Positions 1-12,000 of a DNA stretch of 64,000 nt are shown here, in pieces. Position 1 is the first letter of the stretch, and every line of letters begins with the position of its first letter. The notes under the pieces are model-generated. The model saw nothing but the letters and a program-made list of their open reading frames with translations. It searched no databases and was not told the DNA's origin. Source of the DNA: Lepidodermella squamata (Eukaryota > Animalia > Gastrotricha); the NCBI GenBank assembly GCA_047495785.1, contig JBLDXI010000034.1:1240001-1304000 (forward strand), given 5' to 3'. The position numbers were made by a program, and so were the translations under genes.

Positions 1-3000
1 GCCGCGTCGATGTAGGCGAATCGCTTATCGACCGATAACGTCGACGCCCGTTTCGGTTTAAGGCCAATGAACATTTTGATCTTATCCATGATGAAGGCCA
101 ACATTTCATGGTCATTACCTCGTTTCGACGCGTCGCTGCGAACATCCTCGTACGCGACCATGAGAATAGCAACGAAAGCGTTGACGAGGAAAATGTTGAC
201 GAACAACGAGTAAAGGGTGAAGAAAACCGGCCCGACAAGCCAGTTGGAAGATTTGAGGCTCGGGAAATCGTAGACACCGAGCAGCATGCTGAAAAGCGAC
301 TCGAGCGACGTGATGAACGTACTGTACGCCTCAACTTTCGTGCCAAAGGCTAGGTAACCCATTTGGCCGAACGCAAGATAAACGACAAAGAATACCACGA
401 AGAAGGAGATCATCATGCCGCGCACCTGTTGCAGGGTGGTTAACATGATGACAAGTCGTCGGTTGAACCTTAGAAGTCGAATTATTTTCAAGTAGCCGAT
501 GAAAACGATGAAAGCCATGAAGCAGGAGACCATGTCGTCGTATGTTACAAAGATGTTCATGTTGACGTAGCCGGTTTTTCGGGTCTTGGCAAAGTTATCG
601 CCGACAACGAAACGGGACATCAAGTAACGCATGACGAACAACGCGGCGGCTACAATGCACATCAACAGATGCGTGAACTCGAGAACAGCCCACCAATCTT
701 GCCAGTACTGGCGTTTGTACTTGATAGCCAGCTTAATCTCTCGGGCGAATAGGAACAGCGCAACTGCGAGGGTTAAGAATTGGAACCCGAGTAGTACCAG
801 GGCGAAAACTCCGAAGTAAGGATCGATCTTTGTGATGTAGAACCTCGGGAAAAGCTGGACAGACCCGCCTGGGAAGAACTCGATAACAGTCTGGGAGATT
901 GCGAAGATATTCCTGTTCGGGCAATAGAGGTTGAACTCGAGGAAAATCGCCCGGGTCAACGCATCTATCCACTTGCTAGCCTTCAAAAACTCGAGCTTTT
1001 CCAGGGCCCCGTCAACCTTCCTACCCAGATCTACGATGTAACCCCCGCCGTTGTAGGTCGCAAGAACTGCGTCGAAGGGTAAGCCACGATCTGCGACGTT
1101 TGACTTGTAGGCGAAACCTCGCGAATCTCCCATAGTGATGAAACGGCCCTTCGAATCTGTGGTGGTGTTGCTCAGAGGGGCTAATTCCCAGCCAGCTGTG
1201 AAATTGCGAGTTTCCTCGTTGAACATCGAATAACCGTCGTAGCAGCTCTGCGTGATTGTTTTCCGCATCTTCGCCGCTGTTCTGCAAACATCAGGCTTCA
1301 CACGCAACTGCCGAATTCGGACAGACCCGACCAGGAATAGCGTTTGATCTTTCGTGAAGAGATCAGTTGCCGAGTTCATCTTGCCGTTGTACCAAGTCTT
1401 GTCGAGTAGCGAAGGCACTAGAGTGCGCTCAAGGTACGAGAAGATGTTCTCAAACGACAAAATGTTGAAGAATTTCTCGTCATGCGGGTCGGTGATTACG
1501 TTGTAAGCCTTAACAGAGGCTGGGTCTGAGAGGTTGTAGGCAGGAGTTGCGAGAATCGAAGAGTGGTAAACATTCCTCGCCTGCTTCTGCAGCATCATTG
1601 AATAGTCATCATGTAGCGAGTAAGCAACCATCATCAAGAGGTACAAGAAGCAGATGCATTGCGCGATTTCCTTAATGATCATCCACATCTTCTTCTCCTT
1701 CATACGGACCTCCTTAGCCAGTTTAAGCTCTTCAGGATCTGGAGGTAAGAAGACGTAGTCACGCTGGTTGATCTCTCCCATGTTATTCTTCCGGGCTAGA
1801 CGTTCCTCCTCAGACATTGGTTGATGCATGAAGACCTCGTCATCCTTCAATGAAGCCATTTCCTCAACATCTTCGTCCTTAGTCGGGCTCTTGATGATAA
1901 GGGCGTAGAACAAAGCCAGGACGAGAATCTTAGCCGGTTGCATGAGCAAGATGTCGGTGAAAAGTGAGATGACCATCGCGACAAGCCACTCCTGAGCTTT
2001 TTCCGGGCCCAACGCCCCGCCGAATTCAACAATCGCCCAGAATGCAACGCCGCAGGTACTGAAAGATAGGCAGTAAGCGACGATGATACACCACCAGGGT
2101 AGCTTGAATGGCTTCTTCTTCTTCTTAGCCTTCTCAGCCTTTCGCATAGCTTTCTTCGAAACTTTCACCTCGCCCTGTTCGATTGAGGCGATGACGGCTG
2201 AGTCTGGACGATCTGGCTGCCCGGCGGCTAAACGTTTCTTCCGATCTTCCTCGGCTACTTTGATTGCCTTCTGCCGGAACGCTTCCATCTTCTTCTCTTG
2301 CTTAGTCGGCCTGTGTCTACTCATGCGGAAAAGTTGGACAATCACCAAGTTGACAGGTACGACGATAAGGGCAGAGATAACACTCATCATAATCTTGGTA
2401 AGGGACATGCTGATCGGGCCGAGTTCGATCTTAGCAGAACCTGGCGGGTCTCGTGACTGGCCGAAGAACATGATGTTAGCGACCATGGTGCAGTACAGCA
2501 CTGCGATACAGCAGGTCAAACGTTGGCAGCGGGTGAATTTCGACAGAGGAGGTCGCGAGAACACTGATATCCAAATGTGGCCGTCCGTCAGTTTTCGCTG
2601 AGATTTCGTGAAGAAGAGATGCTCGAAACCAGCGAGTTCCTTCTTCCCAGCAACAGGCAAAATCCTCTCAACCATTCCGTCGTCTTCATCGATGCCAAGC
2701 CAGCGGTCGCAAAGGAAGTAGTACTGCTTATTGCGCTGGAGATCATGCACCAACATTCGGCTGAAGTACCAGTTCGGGTGTTTCCCAGAATTATCGTGCC
2801 AGATGCGGAGTTGGACCAACTTGCCGAGAGATCTTGGCGTAAGGAGTAGGAACGAGTCGATGTTACCTCGTTGCAAGACATCACGTTCGTCATCTTCCAA
2901 TAAATGGACTGGCGTTTCATGCTCGTCTCCGAGAATGATGAACGAAACACGGGCCGATGTCCCAGCGCCAGACCTAGTTCCGGTCCAAACTGTGAGTTCA

Positions 3001-6000
3001 TACGCGTATTTATCCCTCGGGTCGTTATCAGCCAATGGCGTAGTACCCCACTTCTTCTCATCCTCCAAGTCCTTCCTCCTAGCCCAGATCAACAGGGCGA
3101 AGAAGCAGCAGAAAATGCAAATGCCAAATGTGAAGCAAATCGGGTTCTGGTCGAGTTTCGAGAAGGCCGAGTCTTTCGGGTCGAATGTGTTCATCGGCAC
3201 GTCGAAGTTGGACGAGAAACTTGTCAAGTGATTGCAGAGGCACTGCGTCATACTCGGGTTACCGCCTGGGTTACTCAACGGCCCGACCCTACAGCCAGCA
3301 CTGCTCCAAGATTTGCTTGGTTTGTCGTAAAACTTGCACGAGGTTGCGAATGACGAGAATTTATACCCGGTTCGCACTGATTTCGCGTCCAAGTTCGTGT
3401 AAGATTCGTTCAAAGCATTGTGAGGCGTAATTTCCATCTTCTTCTCAGCGGCCCACTTTTGCAGGAATTTCCGAACCTCCGACTTCGGAATTGCCCTCAC
3501 ACCGATCTTGAACAACTTGGGATCTTTGGTTACGTTGACAATTCGATGGTCGAAGAAGCAGGTGTTGCGATCGGGTGTTGTTGGTCTCGAACAATTTTTC
3601 GGGACTTTCGGGGTAACAACGATATCAGGCGCTGGGGTTGTGGGTAGGACGAAGTCGCCGCGGCAAACGCCTTTCTTAGTAACAGTCCCATTACAGCACG
3701 TCACGTTGTAGATGATTGACGGGGTGCACTCCGGGGCATTCAGTATCGAAGCCGCTGTTGTAGTCGGAGCCGCTGTGGTGGTCGGCCGCGTTGTTGTAGG
3801 CTTCACAGTCGTCGTCGTCGGCGCAACAGCCGCTGCAGTGTTCGAGTAATTGAACGCCTGGACAGTTCCATTGACGGTTACCATGGATGAATTCGTTGCT
3901 GTAGCGTCGTACCAAACATAGCCCGTCGCCATCTCGTATTCGTCTTCAAACGCCCGTCGAGGCAACGTGCAGCTCAAATCGTAGTTCCAAGCTGTGGGGG
4001 TGTCGTTGTATTTGACGTAGACGAAAAACACGACCTCTTCATCGGTGAGATTCAGCGATTTCATCGTAACGTTCTGGAAGTCCCACATCAACATGGTTTG
4101 GTTGTTACTGGCACACGTCATGTTGAAAGGTAGCTCCGAGTTTGGAATATTCCTATCCGCACACAAGTTAGGCAGATCCCAAGGCACGACTTGTAGGAAG
4201 ATTGCGGAGAAAGCTGTTACGTTGAGAATCATCGACTTGACGCTACGTGGGTAGGGGGCTGACAACGTTTTCAGCATAGTTTCATCCGGGGTTTGCGGGT
4301 TCTTGGATTCGACCATGATTTCAATCTCAAATGGCAGGTCCTTTATAACAACTTCGCCGCCAGTGTTGTTTAGGAAGACCAATCCCTGAAGTTGGCTGTT
4401 CAAATCCGACGACGAGTCATCGAATTGGTAGGGGTTGCCGTTTTGCGTGCTAGCCTTCAACCGTAGGTCGACGTACTTCAACCGCTCAGATGGCGGCAGC
4501 GCATCAGGGTTGTTCTCATTCATCCCGGCGAAAGGATCTGTGGCTGAAAACATGACACTCGCATCGCCGATCATGAAAGTTCCGCAGTCATCGCCGCTTC
4601 CAGTCGGAATCACAGCGTTGTTAAGATCGCCGACGAAACGTTTTTGCAAATTGGCTGACATGCCCGTGCCGGAGATGATTGACGAGCTCTCCTGCAAGAC
4701 CTTCGCGCCAAGGACAATATCTGAAAGGAAAAATTTAACGATTCAATTTTGATTAGGTTGTGGATAAGTTACCGTGAATTGTGTCAAGGATATCCGTGAT
4801 TTCGTCAGTTCTCGCCATTGCAGCATCCGAGTTACCCCAGACGCTTACTTCAGTTTCACTTTCGCGCTTCCTTCGTTTCTTCGCGTCCGCTTCGCTGCTC
4901 TTCTCGCCGCTTGAGTCATCGCCACCCCTACCGGAATTCTTGTTCTTTCCACTTTTTTCGTCTTTTATTTGCTTCGCGTTGTACTCGAGAAGGTCGGCAG
5001 TTTTCCCAGCAGCTCCCATGCAAGTGGACCTTAATTTGAGATTAATTACAAAATCGTTGAATATGCAAAAATATCCATCAATAACATATTAAATAACTTA
5101 ATTTAAATTTTAAATTTTTTTGGATCAATTTGTATAATTGATTTTTTATTTTACCATAGGAAATGAACATTTAAAAAATATTTTTTTAGAGAAATTTACG
5201 TTGCGTCATCGAGACGATCTGCGTCTCTGGTTGGCGATGTCGAAATATTCTTGACAGCCTCAGTCAATTTCTTCATCAAAGCAATCGAATTGACGCAGGT
5301 CCGCTCCTCGGCAGCTTGTTCTGGAACCTCAACTGTAAAACCTACAGCACCGCAGCATGTTCTGACTGCGTTAGGGTCCCTGCTAAGCCCGTTCCTGTTG
5401 ATTGCGGTCAAAATCCACGTCGTGATGTTGAAGCGAACCTCGCGGATTTGTTTCAGCTCCAGATCGTAGCGAGCCTGATCCGCCGCGATTTTATCATCAA
5501 CCTCCTTCTTCTCCTTACTGGTCATCTTTTTGTAGGTGGCTGAGTCAACCGAATAAACTGGCTCGATTACTACGTCATTGCACATCGATGAGAAGGTGTA
5601 CATTGCCTGGCACACATCCTCGACTTTCATCAATGGGATCGAGTCGCGGTAAACTTTGGCCAGTCGAATGACCTCAGCCAAAGACGCCATCGGCTCAACT
5701 CGAACTGTGAATTTGACTCGGGTCATCTGCATGGAGAAAGAGTGAAAAATTGTGAAAATCTAGCGTAAATACACTAAGTTACCGAATCAAACGGATCTGT
5801 AGCATCGACGTAGATAGTGACCAGGTAGTTCTCCTCGGGCACACCCGCCGGTAGTTTGATGCCAGTCTTGATGGAGGGGCTTGCTAGAGTCGGCGTTAGA
5901 ACAACCAGCGGACAGTAGCTGCAAGATTGCATTGAGAAGGAGAATTTGGATAGGATGGAATCGCTCTTGAATCCGGTGCAATCGAAGTTGAACGGCGTGT

Positions 6001-9000
6001 ACATTGCGAGGCCATTCGCCTTGTTGGACACACAAGAGACATTCGCTCCTCCTGGGGGTTTGCTCACATACTGAAAACGACGAATTTAAGGGAAGTAAAG
6101 ACACATCCGGAAACTTACGAAAGCAAGCGAGGAGACACCCATACGGGGATTACCAGCTCGGATAACGCCCACGTAAGCGATGAAGTAACGGTAGTATTCG
6201 CTTGGTCCGAACAGGTTAGCATTCAATGACAAATCATCGACCTTGCGACCCGTGGAAGTTTTGTTCTGAAAAGGGCGAAAAGATTCGTAAAAATGGATGA
6301 AAGCTGATTGATGAAACTCACCAGCCAACTATCGAAAGGCCAGGCGAAATCCACGACTGAAGTTTCTAGATCTTCCATCAGATCGGTGACAGTCTTCGAA
6401 CTTGGGACGCGGATGATTTGCCAGTTGAAGAAGTACATACGACCTGGGATGCGGTCTGTAATCAATCCGTGGAACGAGCCTCGAGACGTCGGGTTGTATC
6501 GCACGATATCTTTGAAAGGATAGACGCAGTTGGTGACGACGCGAATCAAAGCCTGAGGAGCCGAGCCTCGCTCGAGACGGTACGATTGTCTCGCAATTGT
6601 GAATCGGTCGTCTTTCGTGACAATCGCCATCAAGTTATAGGTCTGATTTTCGAATTGGTAACTCGAATCGATAGTAAGCGTGTTGTCTTTGTTGATGTAG
6701 GACAACTGGATTGTGCAATCCTCAGTCGCTTCGGTGCCGTTGTTACCGCACAGAGCTTTCGGGACCTTACGAGTGAAGTTTTTCGGGTTGAGACCAGGGA
6801 AGCCCCAAGTGGTATCAGGATCATCTGGGCGAATCGTGTGGTAGCCGGTTGTGAAGCAGCCGTTCATTTGATAACCATCCGCCTTAAGGTACTCGTCATC
6901 AGTCGTGCACTTACTCCACTTGAAGTCGGGGTAAGCTTTCGGGTAGCCACTTGGGTTTTTGATGAAAGCTTGGACCTGAGCCATTGAGGTGAAAACCGGC
7001 CAACTGCCGTCGCAATCTCGCTTGCAGAAGTAATAGACATTCATCCCGACCTTGCTCTGTTGCAGTCCGCCGATATCTGGATCGTAGGACAGGGAGTAGG
7101 CGTTCATTTTGACATCTTGCCGGAAAACCAAGTCTCGGCGAGCACCCGCTGGCGTAAGACCTACTACCAGGTCGGATTTGACCACTTCAAATTCTTTGTA
7201 GATCGTATTCTCGATTTCATCTTCCTCAAGCATAGACGCCCAGAGGGAAAGGCGGTAGAAGCCGTATTCTAGTTTTGTCGCTGGGAACATGAGCGATTTA
7301 TCTAGAGGTGATGTCATATTGTAGACACCGTAGAACTTCTGCTTTAAAACTGATGCTTCCAAATACAGGTTGCCAACGTCTTTCCAAGCTGCTGAAGCTG
7401 TTGCTCGGTACAACATGGTCCAATTCATACCAATATAGCGTGACGAGCTGCAGTTCATCAGGATTCCAGCACTAACAACGAGGTCATCCTTCTTGTAGCT
7501 AACAGTTGGCGCGTCAATGTAGGTCTTCGGGTACGAGCAAGGACCTCGCGTGACTTTGGCGAGCTTCCTCAACTGAGTCGGATGTGTTGTAACATTGATT
7601 ACCTGGACAAAGTTCCGAACCCGCACTGTCACGTTATAGTTACCCTTCCTGTAGTACTGTAGAAAAATATGTTCAATCAATTCACGTTCTTCAATTGAAG
7701 AATTTCATACCATTGCTGCGACGGAGGTGATTCCATCAGCAATGTCTTCCGGAGAGACTCGCCTGAGCGATTTCATAGTTTCCTGATCGTAAGAATCAGC
7801 GCACATGTATTCCGAGCCGTACAGCTGAATCCTTGTTTGGCCTGTAACCAGCATGTTAGAGCCGTAGTCGATTTCAACACAGCCATCAGTTGGGAATCGA
7901 TCGTAGGTTAGCCAAAGTGGGAAAGAAGTGTTCTCTGCAGCTGGCCCATACTGTAGCAACTGAACATTTTGCGCCGGTTTTTGGAGGTAAATCGTTATCG
8001 AAGTTGTAGCTGTATCGACCGGATTTGATGCTGAAAAACAGTTCAAACTAAGCTTTAGATCTAGGAATTTGGGCATAACCTACCAACTACAATCAAATTC
8101 AAGCCGCAGTTCTCGAGTCTTGAATAGCAAGGTGTATCGTAGTTGAATTTCCGGATGACCCAATTTGGCGTGTTAGTCCAAGGTCCCGAGCAATCGGTGA
8201 TGTTACCCTCAACATTCGTGTAGAAACAGTACCGCAAGCCCTCGCCCAGTTTAGCAGTAGCCGTGATTCGAAGAGGCTTCCCTGATGGGAAAAACGCCTG
8301 CGAGTACGGCTTTGTGCCAAGTTTCGGGTCAATCCTCGGGAAGCCAAACACAAAATCCGGGTTAGTTTCATTCTCAGCGTAACGAACGCCCAATCGCAGG
8401 TTAGTAACCGAGACATAAACCGTGTAGGATGTTTTAAATGTTTCCATACTAGCCAAGTTAGCGATGAGAATACTCGGCTCATAGTAAGTTGCGTTGTTGT
8501 AGGTGTACGGGAACTGCAAACACGCTTGCCAGACGCCTAAATAACCCGCATTAATGATTTTTCCGAAAACCAAAACGAAACAAACCGTCAAACGTGTCGG
8601 CCAAAGTTGGATTGCATTTCAACGTAGCGTTGGGTGACATGCTATTATCACCATACTAAAAAGAAATGTTAAATTCCAACTTAATGTTTCAAGGTTAACA
8701 TTACGTAGAAGACGTAGTAAGGCTCGCTTGGGGCTTGGACAGCCGTGTTGATCCACAGGGTGTAGACCACATTTGAATAACCCATATCGTCATCAGCCGA
8801 TTTGAACGTCAACTTACCCGCCTTAGGATTCGGCGTTAGCTTAAAGCCCAACGGATCGACCTTGTACTGCACGATGACTGGGCAGCAAGGCGCCATTGGG
8901 TATGGGGCATAGGTGCTGACTAAATTCGTCCCGTTAATCTTCGGCAGATACACGCCAACTTGATCGAAAGTGTGGGTGTAAGTTGTGACATTCCATTCGT

Positions 9001-12000
9001 AGACCGGGGATAGAGTTGTTGTGTTATCAGGGTTAGGCACGACAACCTGCCAGACAAATCGAGTTCCCCAAAGCCAGGTAACGTTGAATGTAACAGTACG
9101 GCCAGGCGAGATGTAACGCGTGGTGATAGGGCTGATCTGAAGGCCATAGATCTCCTCGTCAACCTCGAACGTAACGTTGCCATTAACCGATCCGACTCTG
9201 TTGAAAACTTCCATGTAAACAGTTTTTGTGCCATAGGTAGAATAGCCATGGGTCACAGTTGCCATGCACATGTCCTTCACTGCTTTATTACTCGAAGCTG
9301 GGGGCAGTTTCGTTGCATCGAATCGATTCGTGTAGTTCGAGCCATCCGCGAAGTCGAGGTACATTGACGCGTTAGAAGGCCAGGCGAAGGAGTACCCGGT
9401 GTAGTTGTACTTGAAATCAACCTTGGCAATGCCGTTGTAAGGGATCTTATTAGGACTCGTTGCTGAGTAGTTGAATGTAGTCGGAACTGGCTCGAGTTGC
9501 ACGTAGATATCGTAAACGAATGTTTTCACGTAGGGCAAATAGTTGTTTGCATAGGCTGTGATGTAGAAGCCACCTAAGCTTGGATAGTTGACCAAAGGTA
9601 TATCAATCAGAGGGGAATTCTCGAGAACGAAGTCATACTGCAAGAAATTGAATGAAAATCAGAATGAAAAGTTCGAGAAACTCACGTAATTCCAATAAGT
9701 CGTCGGTTTAGCATCAGCTGCTCCATAGGTTATGGTTAGATTGCAACGGGTACAGTTGTCCATAGTTACATACAGCTGAATGGTCTGGTTTTGAAGGGCG
9801 CCATGAGTCCGAGTGGCATTTGTCCGAATCTTCAGGTTCTGAACAGGATAGTCGACCCAGAGAATCGTTTGAGTGTCCAGTGGATCAGACAGCAGGTTAT
9901 CAATTGTCAAGTTAGACCAATACCAGCCTACAGCCGATCCATACTGAGTCGGCGAGATGATCATATAGCCCTTCTTAATGCTCGGAGTTATCGTGACATT
10001 GGGCGATGCCATGCTGTTGAAGGTCGCATTGGCAACTGGGAATGAATAAGATGCTGATTCGGTGTAGGTGAACGGGATACTTGCCCATTCGAAGATTGGC
10101 AAGGCTGGAATCTGCGGAATCTTAACACTCTGAATCCTCGACTGAACTGCAACTTTGATTGGACCAGCCGTTACATTATTTCGGATCGAGTAAGCCTTAG
10201 CCGACATGTAGTAGTCAGCCGTGCCCGAGTATTGCTTCTCAGCGTAGTCGACAAACATGGACGCAGAGCAGCCGACCAACTTCATTCGATAACTCGGCTT
10301 GGCACCTTGCCAGGTCAATGGAATAATCGTAATTGCCTTCAGCAAGATCGGAACTGGGAGGCTGATGTACTTAACCGGCTCATCGGCTGAATTGCCCTGG
10401 AACGTGATGTCAAGACCCGGCGGGAATTGGTAGTAGTAATCCGCGCTTCTGTCGAAAGTATACAAGATTTTGAAGCTCGTGATCCATTCATTAGCATCAG
10501 CTCGTTTAGCCAGAATAATTCCGTTGAGCCATATTGTGTATTGGAATTGAACGGTCAGAGTTTCGTTCACGTTAACCGGGACGAAGCCTTTGTCGGTCAT
10601 CTTAACTTTCGCGCCACTTGTCAGGTCAGTATCGTCACTAGATCGCTCGAAACGTTTTGTAGCCTCCAACATATCGCCCTGGCACAAATCGTCCCGCATG
10701 GCGTAGATGTCTGTCTGGGTGTAGCTCTCGCGAAGACCGAACCAATCATCAGATGGCTTGAGATTTGTCATCTGGCAAGAAACACCATCGTATTGGACAG
10801 TTCGGCAGTCAAGTTCCTGTGTGGCCAAGCACTGACGAATGCACCAGTCGGGGGAAATTTTGGCTGTAAGAAGAAAAATTCATAAAATATCATTACAAAT
10901 TCCGAAAATTAGGAAATTTCATACTTGGAGTCTGGCAAACACTAACAGGTGTCCAGATATCTTGGGTGAAATCGACGGCTGTTCCGTTCCACATCGAACT
11001 CCAGCCACCTTGAGTAGGTTCGCTGGCCATTCCAGCGAAATAGCTCTGTCTGCCCCACATATCGATGAAACCCATCGAAGAGGTGAGACGCCTGTAGCCC
11101 ATACCGAATGCTTTGTTCGAAGCCAATCTCGTAGCCATCTTCAACTCATCGGTATTAATCGGTGAAATCGGGAGGGAATCTTCAATTTGACAAGCAACGC
11201 GAGCCGTGTCGTAGTCAGTGCCGGGTTGGATGTGCATCTCGACGGGGTACGCCCGGTAGCAAGCTCCGGCCCATGGCACCCAGTTAGGTGGGCAGAGGGC
11301 TGCGGGTTGTTCGCAGATGAATGGCGCCGGGGTGGCACAGGCGAACGGAATCATTCGGAACTTATCAGCTCGAGATAGGACAGTACAAGCCGGGGTAGCA
11401 GCGGCTGTGGGCATGCTTGGCGCCCACATTGCTTTGTGAACCGGTACAGGAGACCTAGCGCGAACATCGTCCTCCCAAACCCAGGTTTTAGTCGCGGCGC
11501 GGTAGACCATGCCAACAAAAGCTTGGCCATCACTGACTGGAATCAAAGATTGGACGAACCAATGCTCCTCGGGTGATCGAATCGTCGCAAGACCACCGCC
11601 GTCAGTTTTGCAATCAGCAAGGGCCATAGTCACTGATTTCGAGGTTGAGTAGTACTTGAAGCATCGGCCGTTGAATTCGGCGTAGGTCGCCGGGCAAGTG
11701 CCAGCCCAAGTCCTCGCCCCGGGTATAGCCGGTTTCGCGCAGACGTAGGCATTCAATTCACTGCCAGTGCCTTCATACCATCGATCCGTGTTTGCTAAGT
11801 AGTAGGCGTAACCTAATTGGGCAGAGCTTGGGTTTGCAGATGCCCAAGGCTTATTGCCTCCGGCTGTATCGGTACCGTCACGCCAAACCCAATTCCCTGA
11901 GGTTCCGACCTCTGCCAGACCAATCCAGATGTTAACACCCGCATTAGTGACGTCAAAAGCATCTACAAAGAAGGTCTGATTAGCTGCGGTGTTGAGCGAG

